A DNA stretch of 64,000 nt, taken from IMG/VR virus record IMGVR_UViG_3300024252_000004, positions 62,001 to 126,000 of that record; one strand, 5' to 3'. Below are positions 37,462-47,296 of this stretch, piece after piece (the stretch's first letter is position 1; every line of letters starts with the position of its first letter). The translations under genes and the position numbers were made by a program. Below the pieces are notes generated by a model, which worked only from the letters and a program-made list of their open reading frames with translations, made no database searches and had not been told where the DNA came from.

Positions 37462-38913
37462 ATGACGAAAATTATTGTAGGAAATAACAGATGCAAACTG
37501 ATGTCATTGCAAGATGATGAGATTCTGCGAGAGCTTGATACTCGTCTTTCTTACATGGTGCAAGGTTTTCAGTTTATGAATGTCCGCAACAATTGGGATG
37601 GGCGGCATAGGCTTCTCGATAGGAAGGGATTCTTTCCTGTCGGGATGTTGCCTACAGTTGAGTCTATCTTGAGGAAAAATGGTCATCCGTATCAGATAGT
37701 AGACAACAGACCACCATTAAATTATCAAAACAAAATGGTTATCAATCCGAAATCTGGTTTTGAACATAGAGACTATCAGGTAGAGCTTATTGATGCTGCA
37801 TGGAAACACAAAGGTGGCATCGTTCGTGCGGCTACCGGAGCGGGAAAAACCTTTTGCATTGCCAGCATAGCAGCTAAGTTCGGAGTTAAGACAATTGTAT
37901 ATGTAATTGGCATCGAACTACTGTATCAGATGAAGGGAACTTTTATGAAAGCATATCCTCATTTGAATGTGGGTATGGTTGGTGATGGAAATTGTGACAT
38001 CGGCGATATTACGATTATGACAATCTGGAGTGCAGCGGCAGCTTTCAATCAGAAAGTCAAGTTGACCGATTCTGATCTAACTAACGACTCGGCTCGTAAG
38101 AATAAAAACCTGAACAAAGCATTAGTTCAGAAGGCAGTTAAAGATGCGGAGCTATTCATTCTTGATGAGTGTCAGTACGCAGCATCTCAGACTGTGCAAT
38201 TTTTGGACAGAGTATCTGTGAATGCAAGACACAGGTTCCTTTTGTCAGGAACTCCATGGAGGGAGTCTGGTGACGATCTTCTTATCGAAGCAGTAGGTGG
38301 CCCAAAGTTTTTTGATATGTCTGCTACAAAGCTTATTAATGCAGGTTGGCTGGTAAAGCCAGAGATTCACTTTATCAATGTGCCTTTGAAAAGAGGCATC
38401 GGGAAAAAGTACCATGAGGTCTATGAGAACTTCATTGTAGAAAATGAAGATAGGAATGGTAGGATTATAGCTGCAACTAAGAAGCTTGTCGCAAGTGGAA
38501 AGAAATGTTTGATTCTTGTAACTAAGCTTAGTCATGGCAAAAAGCTTTTAGGAATGTTAGAGCAAGACCTTAGAGTAGCATCTCTGGACGGAAGCAATAA
38601 AACTGTAGATAGATTAGCAGCAATCAAGAGTATGCAAGATGGTGATCTTGATGTGCTTGTAGCATCAAAGATTTTCGATCAGGGTATTGATATTCCTCAG
38701 CTTGATGCATTGATTCTCGCTGGCTCTGGTAAGTCAAGCGCAAGAGCATTACAGAGGATTGGGCGAGTCATTAGAAATTATCCTGGGAAAGAGAAGGCTA
38801 TCGTGGTTGATTTCTACGATAACTGCAAATTCCTTAGGGAGCATTCTAAAGCAAGGCTTAAGGTTTACAAAACCGAACCAGGATTTCAGATTAAGATGCC
38901 GAGAAAGAAATGA
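37462..38913 (+). CDS. SF2 helicase (UvsW/Res-III-like)
   Basis: AATGAGKT, ILDECQ, LSGTP, IFDQGIDIP, QRIGRVIR. Confidence 0.9.
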   Translation: MTKIIVGNNRCKLMSLQDDEILRELDTRLSYMVQGFQFMNVRNNWDGRHRLLDRKGFFPVGMLPTVESILRKNGHPYQIVDNRPPLNYQNKMVINPKSGFEHRDYQVELIDAAWKHKGGIVRAATGAGKTFCIASIAAKFGVKTIVYVIGIELLYQMKGTFMKAYPHLNVGMVGDGNCDIGDITIMTIWSAAAAFNQKVKLTDSDLTNDSARKNKNLNKALVQKAVKDAELFILDECQYAASQTVQFLDRVSVNARHRFLLSGTPWRESGDDLLIEAVGGPKFFDMSATKLINAGWLVKPEIHFINVPLKRGIGKKYHEVYENFIVENEDRNGRIIAATKKLVASGKKCLILVTKLSHGKKLLGMLEQDLRVASLDGSNKTVDRLAAIKSMQDGDLDVLVASKIFDQGIDIPQLDALILAGSGKSSARALQRIGRVIRNYPGKEKAIVVDFYDNCKFLREHSKARLKVYKTEPGFQIKMPRKK

Positions 38914-39671
38914 TCAATTCGATAATTAGGGGAGATTGTTTCGAGGTAATGAAAAGGATTGAAGATGGCACCATAGATATTACGGTGACATCTCCACCTT
39001 ACAATGTAGACTTAGGTAATAACAAATACCGAAAGGCCGGCTATGATATCTACAAAGATAACAAGGAGCACAATGAATATTTGGAATGGCTTAGCGGGAT
39101 ATTTGAGTTAGTTTATAAGAAGACTAAAGCAGGAGGGCGAATTGCTATCAATGTTAATGATGGTAAAAATGGCGCTATCCCAACTTCTTCAGACATAATT
39201 CAGTTTATGACGAAAGACATTGGGTGGACTCCGATGGCTCATATTATCTGGAATAAAAACACAACCTCCAATAGGGCAGCATGGGGCAGTTGGCTGTCTC
39301 CTTCTTGCCCTTCCTTTCCTACTACCTTTGAAAGGATTCTGGTATTTGCCAAGGAGTCAAAGAAATTATCTTACAAGGGTGAGACAGATTTGGAAAGAGA
39401 TGAGTTTATTAAATGGGCTAACTCTATTTGGACCTTTGCTCCTGAGAAGAAAATGAAACGGTACGGACATAACGCGATGTTCCCCGAGGAGCTACCGAAG
39501 AGATTAATAAAGATGCTTTCTTGGAAAGGGGCATTAGTTCTTGATCCATTCGTTGGCGTAGGAACTACTTGCGTGGCTGCAAAGAAGCTCGGTCGAGATT
39601 ACATAGGCGTAGAAATCTCAGAAGATTATGCAGAGGAAGCACGCAAACGGATCGAGGCTATCGGCTGCTAA
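38910..39671 (+). CDS. Orphan DNA methyltransferase (N4-C/N6-A, beta class)
   Basis: VTSPPYN, HNAMFPEEL, VLDPFVGVGTT. Confidence 0.9.
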   Translation: MINSIIRGDCFEVMKRIEDGTIDITVTSPPYNVDLGNNKYRKAGYDIYKDNKEHNEYLEWLSGIFELVYKKTKAGGRIAINVNDGKNGAIPTSSDIIQFMTKDIGWTPMAHIIWNKNTTSNRAAWGSWLSPSCPSFPTTFERILVFAKESKKLSYKGETDLERDEFIKWANSIWTFAPEKKMKRYGHNAMFPEELPKRLIKMLSWKGALVLDPFVGVGTTCVAAKKLGRDYIGVEISEDYAEEARKRIEAIGC

Positions 39672-39687
39672 TAATGCAGGATTAACC

Positions 39688-40134
39688 ATGGAAGTTTACG
39701 GAAGAAAGAAACGTGGCCAGAGGCCATTCATATTGAGAATTCATTCCGAGCTTGTATCAACGGAGATGTTTCGTCAGGTAACAGACCATGGTGGTAATCG
39801 TTGTTATAGGTTAGTTGGAACACCATTTAGGTTATTGGTAAAAGGAAACGCGAAATCCTATGCAGATTTGTCTTGGCAAATTGATGATAGTTCTAAGCAG
39901 GCCAAGCTGATGATTAAGAACTCTGGAAAGATTATTCTGAGGAAGCCTTTTAGAGTTAAAAGATCGAATCCGAGAGCAGCGGTTGAGCCGAAGCGAACTA
40001 ACTTCATTGACATTCACCCGATTGAATTTCGTCAGATGTTTATGGACATATTTGATGACGTTCCGGATTACATGCAAGAAGGATTTGTTTGCAATATGCA
40101 CATTTTCTCTCCTGACCTTATCGAGGATGAGTAG
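39688..40134 (+). CDS. Hypothetical protein
   Basis: In-operon ORF; likely start ATG 39688. Confidence 0.55.
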   Translation: MEVYGRKKRGQRPFILRIHSELVSTEMFRQVTDHGGNRCYRLVGTPFRLLVKGNAKSYADLSWQIDDSSKQAKLMIKNSGKIILRKPFRVKRSNPRAAVEPKRTNFIDIHPIEFRQMFMDIFDDVPDYMQEGFVCNMHIFSPDLIEDE

Positions 40135-40172
40135 AGTTCTGTAACTCTATATATGAAATTGTTGGAGAAATA

Positions 40173-40499
40173 TTGAGCAATGAAAAGAAAGTGGCATCGA
40201 GAAGCTTATTCGGCACCTCCGATTTGATCAAAGAACTGCAAAAGAATCCTGCCTATTCTCGCACAGAGAGGTGCCGCTATAATAGAGGTTACCAGCGCAT
40301 AGTTTTTGCAGAAAGGGTCAGCGTAGATATACCCAGGAGGGCATCCGAGATTGAGGCCGGCATTTGGTATTATCGCCATGAGGGCTCATGGATGGCCACC
40401 TCCGATCCGAAGGGTTTCATTGAGGGAAACCTTTTTGAATCAGAAGGTTTAACTGAAGACGAGCAATATGGGTTTCTTTTGCTGATTGCAATGCTGTAA
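40173..40499 (+). CDS. Hypothetical protein
   Basis: TTG start behind GGAG. Confidence 0.55.
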   Translation: MSNEKKVASRSLFGTSDLIKELQKNPAYSRTERCRYNRGYQRIVFAERVSVDIPRRASEIEAGIWYYRHEGSWMATSDPKGFIEGNLFESEGLTEDEQYGFLLLIAML

Positions 40500-40509
40500 C
40501 GGAGTAGTG

Positions 40510-41112
40510 ATGAACGAAGCTGAATTTTATGAAAACATTCCAGAGTGGATCTCTAAAGATAAGGAGACCTGGAATCATATCACATACCTTGCATACTTTT
40601 GTCATAAGTACGAAAAGGTTAACGGAGTTAAGTTCCGACTTGTAAGAGGACGTAAAGGTCCAACTATGGGTAAGGAGGCTGGAGATTTCGCTAAGCTATT
40701 CAGGATACTTGCCCCAGAGAACTATAAAGATTTGGGTGCGAAAGCTAAGAAGGCGGCTCGTTCGGAGATTAATTGGAAGGTATACAATTATATCAATTGG
40801 GTATTCGACTACAAGTTCCGAATGAAAATGGGTTCTGTTAACGGCACAAGGTTATTTCACATATCCTCTTTGATCGTAGAGTTCGAGAGGATGTACAATG
40901 TTCATCAGAACAGAAAGAAGGCAACGGACAAAATGGCGCAACTCATCACTTGGTGCATGGAGAACCATCCGCAAGTTTTAGATATGCATCAGATGGCTGA
41001 GCCGAAAGATTTATCAATGCTTAAAGCGTACATGGAGTCCTATGCTATCCTTGGTGGAGAGCCGGAGGGCAGAGTGATTGCCAAAGCAAGAGAAATAGGG
41101 ATAGAATTCTAA
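40510..41112 (+). CDS. Hypothetical protein in the replication module
   Basis: GGAG RBS, ATG 40510; coupled to the next gene. Confidence 0.65.
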   Translation: MNEAEFYENIPEWISKDKETWNHITYLAYFCHKYEKVNGVKFRLVRGRKGPTMGKEAGDFAKLFRILAPENYKDLGAKAKKAARSEINWKVYNYINWVFDYKFRMKMGSVNGTRLFHISSLIVEFERMYNVHQNRKKATDKMAQLITWCMENHPQVLDMHQMAEPKDLSMLKAYMESYAILGGEPEGRVIAKAREIGIEF

Positions 41113-41738
41113 TGTTAAAAAGACTTATCAGAAAGCTCTTAACCTCAAGGGACAGGATGCACTACATCGGCAGAACATACATATTCATTACTGATGGTGG
41201 ATGGGAAGTGTCCGGAAGAATTATAGAGTTCAGTGACGCAAGTATTTTGATTGAGACGGAAGGCAGAGTGATTAAGCTGGATCGTTCAAAGATTATTGGT
41301 GAGACCGCGATGGGCCTTGCAAATGCACAGCTTCAGCCATTAGTCCCGGCCTCTGCGCCGAGGTACGATATAAGGGAGGCGGCTGCGATGCCGCTGCCGG
41401 CAGTCGCCAAGGCCAAGCTCGGCCCGGGACCCGCAGCCACCGATTTGCAGGAGAGGCTCGGAGAAGCAACGGTGGAAGCTGTAGAGTTAAGAGAGGAGCT
41501 TGGGATTACAGAGACTCTTTCTGACGAAAGAAAGCAGGCAAGAACCAGAGAGAGAAAAACCTCTGGTTCGATTATTCCTGAGCACATGCTTTTACCAGAA
41601 GATGGAGAAGAGGCTGAGCAGCCAGAATTCGAAACTGAAGACTTGGAGTCTTCTAAAGAAATAAGCATAGGCGATCTCTCGGCAAGCTTTGGAGTTGATT
41701 TTCGAAAAAATATAAGAGGTCAATTTGACGAAGGATAA
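41112..41738 (+). CDS. Hypothetical protein with possible Sm/Hfq-like N-terminal domain and acidic tail
   Basis: IFITDGGWEVSGRIIEFSDASILIETEGRVIKLDRSKI resembles Sm1/Sm2 strands. Confidence 0.5.
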   Translation: MLKRLIRKLLTSRDRMHYIGRTYIFITDGGWEVSGRIIEFSDASILIETEGRVIKLDRSKIIGETAMGLANAQLQPLVPASAPRYDIREAAAMPLPAVAKAKLGPGPAATDLQERLGEATVEAVELREELGITETLSDERKQARTRERKTSGSIIPEHMLLPEDGEEAEQPEFETEDLESSKEISIGDLSASFGVDFRKNIRGQFDEG

Positions 41739-41740
41739 AT

Positions 41741-42406
41741 ATGGTACCTACCAAGAAAATGGAGAGGCTGGCGAACAACGTTAGAAAAAGTTGTGAGTGC
41801 AGCGGGACGGGATGTAGTAAGTGTGCAGGCAAGGTCAGCAGAATGAGAGGCTATGCAAAGGCCGGAATCCCGGTTGTATATTGGAAACTTCCATTCAAGA
41901 ACTTTGAAGGCGATCCGAGATTTGGGGATAGCGTTAGGGTTATTTTGAAAGACATGGACAACTTCTACGATGAAGGCAAATCATATGCATTCATTGGAAA
42001 CCTCGGCACAGGTAAGAGTTATGCAGCATGCTGTATCTTGAAGTCTGCTGTTGTTGCAGGTTACGATTGTCACTACTCTCAGATGGCAGAAATTGTAAAC
42101 AATTTGTTGTCTGGACGAGATACGAAGGGTTACTTAACGGACCTATTAGAATATGATGTTTTGGTTATTGATGAGTTTGATCCTCGTTGGGTATTTCCTT
42201 CGGAGAAGGTCGAAAGGATTTTCGGCTCAAATTTAGAGTACATTCTGAGGACAAGATTTCAAAATGGCATGCCGACAATTGTTTGTTCGAATGCGGCCGA
42301 CATTGATGAGGTTCTTTCAAATGATTTCGCGAAGGCATTCGCTTCTCTTAGAAATATGTACATGACGGTATATGTCGTCACAGGAAAAGATTTTAGAAAA
42401 AGGTGA
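41741..42406 (+). CDS. DnaC/IstB-like ATPase (helicase loader)
   Basis: CECSGTGC, GNLGTGKS Walker A, LVIDE Walker B, TIVCSN; adjacent to DnaB. Confidence 0.85.
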   Translation: MVPTKKMERLANNVRKSCECSGTGCSKCAGKVSRMRGYAKAGIPVVYWKLPFKNFEGDPRFGDSVRVILKDMDNFYDEGKSYAFIGNLGTGKSYAACCILKSAVVAGYDCHYSQMAEIVNNLLSGRDTKGYLTDLLEYDVLVIDEFDPRWVFPSEKVERIFGSNLEYILRTRFQNGMPTIVCSNAADIDEVLSNDFAKAFASLRNMYMTVYVVTGKDFRKR

Positions 42407-42409
42407 TAA

Positions 42410-43771
42410 ATGGATATAGCTGATAAGAAAGTTCTTAGCTGGATGCTTAAAGGTTCCGCAGAACTTAACCGAGTTTCAAGAGTTGTTGATCTAAAGCTGC
42501 TGAAAGAGGCTATGCTTCCACAATACAAGCCCACCTTTGAGAGGGTTTTAGAATATTACTCAAGGTATAAAGCTCCGCCAACTTATGATATCCTTATCGA
42601 GACTTCCACGGATATTGAGGAGCTTCCGGTAATTAAGATCCTACAGGAGACAGATTGCCCAGAAGGCGAAGTAGAGTATTATGTTGATAAGATTAAAGAT
42701 CGATATAACGCTTTTCTGATCAAGAAGGTAATTGAGGACACACAGCTCGCAAGTGAAGACGCAGAGCTTGATGATATCAATGATAACTTCAGAAGGATTG
42801 TATCTAAGGTTGAGAGGCTCAAGAAGGGTTCTGTTTTTTCTGAAGGTAGACTTTCTGAAACTGTGCAGGATCGTGTTGATACATATGAGTACACGAAAGA
42901 GAATCCGAATATGGTGGCAGGTGTTCTTTCTGGATACAGAGAGATTGATGATTATACTTTTGGTATTAGAAACTCAGAGTTCCTGGTTGTCGTAGGCGCA
43001 TCGTCATCTGGTAAGAGCATGCTCATGCTGAACATGGCAATCAATTCGTGGCTTGGATCAAATAAGCCAGACCAGTATCTTGGGCAAGACCTTATTGATG
43101 ACGGGAAAAATGTTGTATACGTTTCTCTTGAAATGAGTAAGTCTCAGCTTGAGGCAAGAGTCGATGCCAATTTGGCACAGATTAGACATAAGGCGCTTAG
43201 TCGAGGTTATTTATCTGAAAACGAAGTGGGTCGTTGGGAGCGCTCTCTTGATTTCCAGAAGATTTACCATAAAAACTTCTACATCATTGATATGCCGAGA
43301 GGCTCAAGGACAATGGATATTGAGGCAAGACTAGAATCTGTATCCGCAGAATTCACGATTGATCTATTATGCATTGACTACCTTGGTATCATGAAGCCAA
43401 ACACAGATTTCGGTCAAGATTGGCTTGAGGTTGGTCATGTTGCGGCAGATGTTCATGAATTGTGTAGAAAGAAGGACTTACCTGTCATTTCTGCTGCACA
43501 GAAGAAAGCTAAGGATAAAAAGGCCAAGAAATCGTTTAATGATGTTGAGGAAATCGGACGCAGTAAAATGATTGGAGATAACTCCAATATTGTGTTGATC
43601 ATCGAATCAAGAGATGAAGAGCATCTTCATGAGGATATGCCGGTACATATTGCAAAGAACAGGGATGGTGCAAAGGGAGTTGTCTACCTCGAAAAGGAAT
43701 TTGAAAAATCGAGAATTAACAATTATCCCGAAGACTGGGTTAAAGATGACGGCGAAGAAAATGAAGTTTAA
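42410..43771 (+). CDS. dnaB: DnaB-like replicative helicase
   Basis: GASSSGKS, VSLEM, CIDYL, SAAQ, IAKNRDG. Confidence 0.9.
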   Translation: MDIADKKVLSWMLKGSAELNRVSRVVDLKLLKEAMLPQYKPTFERVLEYYSRYKAPPTYDILIETSTDIEELPVIKILQETDCPEGEVEYYVDKIKDRYNAFLIKKVIEDTQLASEDAELDDINDNFRRIVSKVERLKKGSVFSEGRLSETVQDRVDTYEYTKENPNMVAGVLSGYREIDDYTFGIRNSEFLVVVGASSSGKSMLMLNMAINSWLGSNKPDQYLGQDLIDDGKNVVYVSLEMSKSQLEARVDANLAQIRHKALSRGYLSENEVGRWERSLDFQKIYHKNFYIIDMPRGSRTMDIEARLESVSAEFTIDLLCIDYLGIMKPNTDFGQDWLEVGHVAADVHELCRKKDLPVISAAQKKAKDKKAKKSFNDVEEIGRSKMIGDNSNIVLIIESRDEEHLHEDMPVHIAKNRDGAKGVVYLEKEFEKSRINNYPEDWVKDDGEENEV

Positions 43772-44054
43772 TTACAAAGCTTTAAAAGCTTTTGATTTTA
43801 TTCACCTACGTTCGAAGAACTGGGGAGCAATCGATTGTGTTGTGATAAAAAACAGTCGAAAAAAAATTACATTTTTAGCAACTGAGCCTTACGAGGACTC
43901 TGATGTTATGGATTTCAGATATTTCACAATGATAGACAAATATGAAGACCTCGAAGGCTTTTTCTTCAAGGAAGTAGAAGACATTTTCATGTTGCTCGGA
44001 AAAACTGATGATCGTATCCTCAGCATGCAATATAGGATATTGGACAATGAGTGA
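43761..44054 (+). CDS. Hypothetical protein
   Basis: Likely start ATG 43761 overlapping the DnaB end. Confidence 0.5.
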   Translation: MKFNYKALKAFDFIHLRSKNWGAIDCVVIKNSRKKITFLATEPYEDSDVMDFRYFTMIDKYEDLEGFFFKEVEDIFMLLGKTDDRILSMQYRILDNE

Positions 44055-44250
44055 AAAAGTTGTAGGAAGAATCAGGAGCGTCACATATTGTGAAGAAGAG
44101 GATGTTCTCGACTTCACAATAAGAGTGACTGACCCCAAGTTTAAGAAGAAGTTACTTAGAGATCTATCTCTTGCCGGTAAGATTAAGCTTGAGGGTGACA
44201 AAATTGTCTATATAGGCGATGAGAATGAGGAGAAAGATGCCGGTATATAA
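44047..44250 (+). CDS. Small hypothetical protein
   Basis: Likely start ATG 44047; coupled in operon. Confidence 0.55.
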   Translation: MSEKVVGRIRSVTYCEEEDVLDFTIRVTDPKFKKKLLRDLSLAGKIKLEGDKIVYIGDENEEKDAGI

Positions 44251-44527
44251 TTTCGTATGTGACAAGTGTGAAGCAGTATCCACTGAAGTTATGAGCATAT
44301 CAAGCTTCATGAAACAGCGGAGCAATCCTGAGGAGTGTTGTGAGTGTTCCGAAGGAAAAGTCTTGGTTTCCTTATCCCCTCCTACGGGCAGGATAGAGAA
44401 AAGGAAAGAAGATATTATACAAGAGATAGAGGACGAAGTACGAGAAATCGTAAAAAAGGTACGTGAGGGTGACGAAGCAGCCATCGAGGATGTGTACGGA
44501 CACCGCGAGAACCCATACAAAAAATGA
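44237..44527 (+). CDS. FmdB-family zinc-ribbon protein
   Basis: MPVYNFVCDKC...CCEC; GAGGAG RBS. Confidence 0.8.
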   Translation: MPVYNFVCDKCEAVSTEVMSISSFMKQRSNPEECCECSEGKVLVSLSPPTGRIEKRKEDIIQEIEDEVREIVKKVREGDEAAIEDVYGHRENPYKK

Positions 44528-46455
44528 CTAACGGAGAACAGATGACATCAGCAGATTCATTACTTGAGCTTGTAAGTTCCCACATGGAGCAGAGTAAGCA
44601 GGAAGCATGGGAAGGTACCCTTGGAGAGTACTTAAAGATGGTGGTCGATGACCCATCTATTCACATGGGAGCACACGAACGAGTTCTTAGAATGATTGAG
44701 AGCCATGGTTTTGAGACGGACGAAGAAGATGAGGTAACTCAGTATAATTTCTTCAAAGATGACCTATTCGGTGTGCAGGATCAGATCGAAGAGTTTATGA
44801 AGTACCTTAGGGCTGCCGCAGCAGGCAGTGAAGTCGGTCGTAGAATCCTTCTTGTATACGGACCAACATCATCCGGCAAGTCCCAACTGGCCATCCTTTT
44901 GAAGAGAGGGCTTGAGGCTTTCTCCAAGACAGAGGACGGTGCATTATACGCATTCTCCGATTCGCCGATGAACGAAGATCCAATGACGGCAATCCCTATG
45001 GAGCTTAGAGGTAGGCTGCGTGAGGAGTATGGTATTCGCGTCCAGGGAGAACTATCTCCCTACATGGAGGCTATTCTTAAAGAGAAGTATGGTGGAAACA
45101 TCATGGAGCTACCGGTTCGTAGGATTTTCATCTCCGAAAGGGCAAGAAACTGCATTGGTACTTTCGTACCTTCCGATAAGAAGAGTCAGGATATCTCTGA
45201 GCTTGTTGGCTCCATTGATCTTAGTAAGATTGGTAAGTACGGCACAGAGTCTGACCCAAGAGCTTACAAGTTCGATGGCGAACTCATGGTTGCTAACCGT
45301 GGCATGATGGAATTTGTTGAGATGCTCAAGGTTGATCAGAAGTTCCTTTACGTTCTTCTCACCCTTGCTCAGGAAAAGAACATCAAGACCGGAAGGTTCC
45401 CGCTTATCTATGCGGACGAATTTGTTCTCGCTCACACTAACGAGACTGAGTACAAGAGATTCCTTGGGAAAGATGAGATGGAGGCACTCCATGATAGAAC
45501 TATTGTTCTACGATTCCCATACAACCTCAGTGTCAATGAGGAAGTAAGGATTTACGAGAAGCTCATTCGTCAGGCGAATTTCAAGGGTGTTCACATTGCA
45601 CCACATACGTTAAGGTGCGCAGCAATGTTCTCTATCCTTTCGAGACTAATTGAATCTGACCACCAGGGGCTTAGCACTCTGAACAAGATGAGACTATACA
45701 ACGGTGATGAGGTTGATGGATTCTCTAAGCACGAAGTACCTAAGTTCAAGGGAGAATTCAAAGATGAAGGAATGGTTGGAGTATCTCCACGATACGTTAT
45801 CAACAGAATCTCTTCCATCCTTGCTTCTGGCAAGAAGGGTTACATCACTCCGGTTGATATCGTAAGATCCCTTAGAGATGGGCTTGAATCTAACCCTAAG
45901 GTTGACGAGAAAGAACAGAACAGATTAGAGGGTATCCTTACTGCTGTAATTGAAGAATACACCAAGATGGCAATGAACGATGTTCAGAAGGCATTCTTCG
46001 TTAACTTCGAGAGCGAGATCGAAAACCTTCTCAAGAACTACCTTGACCATGTTGAGGCATACCTTGACGGTCATATGCTTGAGGATGAGTGGGGCAATGA
46101 TGTTCAGCCAGATGAGAGACTCATGAGAAGCGTCGAAGAGAAGATTAGAATCTCCGACTCTGGCAAGAGATCTTTCAGGCAGGAAGTGTATCGTAAGATG
46201 CTTCGTTCGGCAAGAGATAACGATGGTACCCTTTCCTACAAGGAGCACCCAAGACTCAAGGAAGCGCTTGAGAAGCAGCTTTTTGACGAGAGACGTGACG
46301 TTATCAGAATCACTGTTAGTTCCAGAAACCCAGATGAGGAAGAGCTTAAGAAGATCAATGTTGTCATCGAGACCCTTGCGGACCATCACGGTTACACTGT
46401 CGGAAGTGCCAACGAATTGCTTAGATACGTTAGCTCACTTATGGCAAGAAACTAA
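44524..46455 (+). CDS. prkA: PrkA/YeaG-family AAA+ protein
   Basis: DDLFG, YGPTSSGKS, IGTFVPSDKKSQD, DPRAY, ANRGMMEFVEMLK, HIAPH, GVSPRY. Confidence 0.93.
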   Translation: MTNGEQMTSADSLLELVSSHMEQSKQEAWEGTLGEYLKMVVDDPSIHMGAHERVLRMIESHGFETDEEDEVTQYNFFKDDLFGVQDQIEEFMKYLRAAAAGSEVGRRILLVYGPTSSGKSQLAILLKRGLEAFSKTEDGALYAFSDSPMNEDPMTAIPMELRGRLREEYGIRVQGELSPYMEAILKEKYGGNIMELPVRRIFISERARNCIGTFVPSDKKSQDISELVGSIDLSKIGKYGTESDPRAYKFDGELMVANRGMMEFVEMLKVDQKFLYVLLTLAQEKNIKTGRFPLIYADEFVLAHTNETEYKRFLGKDEMEALHDRTIVLRFPYNLSVNEEVRIYEKLIRQANFKGVHIAPHTLRCAAMFSILSRLIESDHQGLSTLNKMRLYNGDEVDGFSKHEVPKFKGEFKDEGMVGVSPRYVINRISSILASGKKGYITPVDIVRSLRDGLESNPKVDEKEQNRLEGILTAVIEEYTKMAMNDVQKAFFVNFESEIENLLKNYLDHVEAYLDGHMLEDEWGNDVQPDERLMRSVEEKIRISDSGKRSFRQEVYRKMLRSARDNDGTLSYKEHPRLKEALEKQLFDERRDVIRITVSSRNPDEEELKKINVVIETLADHHGYTVGSANELLRYVSSLMARN

Positions 46456-46808
46456 TGTTCTTCGGCATCATGAAGAATGAGGTTACCTCGGCGCCAGTAG
46501 AGGCGCTGAGGGAAGCCCTTACCGATGAGTTTGGTGACGACATTAGATTTTCTCAAGGTGTTCTGCTTGTTGCTTGCTCATTAGAGTTTGCGGCGAATCC
46601 CATGAGGACCAGAATCGTGTATGCAAAAGATCCTGATGGTGAGTTTGACGCGATGGTTAAAGAGGCTGTTGAGCGGATTATGTTTGAAGTGAAAAGCTCA
46701 GAGACAGATCTTTCTGATTATGAATTCTCGCTTTCTTGTTTGCCGTGTGAAGAGGCAGATTCCCTTTCGATTGGATTCGTACTTTGGGTTAATGGATGTT
46801 GTAAGTAA
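46455..46808 (+). CDS. Hypothetical protein
   Basis: TAATG-coupled to PrkA. Confidence 0.55.
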   Translation: MFFGIMKNEVTSAPVEALREALTDEFGDDIRFSQGVLLVACSLEFAANPMRTRIVYAKDPDGEFDAMVKEAVERIMFEVKSSETDLSDYEFSLSCLPCEEADSLSIGFVLWVNGCCK

Positions 46809-46820
46809 CATGGGAAGATT

Positions 46821-47171
46821 ATGAATATATTGAAAATATATGCTATGATAAAACAAAGGCTGGAGAATTTAAAACTTTCCGAGGATTTCTTTACGCTTGA
46901 TAATGTTCCTTTGGAGGCGCTCCCTATATATCTAGGGCAAAGTTTCAATGGATATAGTAATGAGGATGGAAGCTTTTCTTTCCAAAATAGCTTCATTGAT
47001 ATCATAGAACTTGGGCAACCATTTAGTACAGATGAAACCGAAGAGGAGACTGTGAATCGTTTGGTATCTTTTCTCAAAGAGTACCGTGCAGAACTTGGGC
47101 AAGACCCGTTTCAGTTGGTTATATCTGTTAAAGATACGAAAGATTGTTACGGAATCTTAGCTGTACATTAA
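46821..47171 (+). CDS. Hypothetical protein
   Basis: 116-aa in-operon ORF. Confidence 0.55.
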   Translation: MNILKIYAMIKQRLENLKLSEDFFTLDNVPLEALPIYLGQSFNGYSNEDGSFSFQNSFIDIIELGQPFSTDETEEETVNRLVSFLKEYRAELGQDPFQLVISVKDTKDCYGILAVH

Positions 47172-47184
47172 ACCAGGAGAAGTA

Positions 47185-47295
47185 ATGACTATTATAATTA
47201 ATTATGGAAAAAGTACATTTATAGAGTCTGATGCTTATGAAGATGAAAATCAAAACCATGATACAATAAGAATAGTGTCTGGTATGGAGGAGTAA
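47185..47295 (+). CDS. 36-aa small protein (MTIIINYGKSTFIESDAYEDENQNHDTIRIVSGMEE)
   Basis: Hand-translated; GGAG RBS upstream; fills the gap before YeaH; not in the ORF track. Confidence 0.45.
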   Translation: MTIIINYGKSTFIESDAYEDENQNHDTIRIVSGMEE

Positions 47296-47296
47296 A

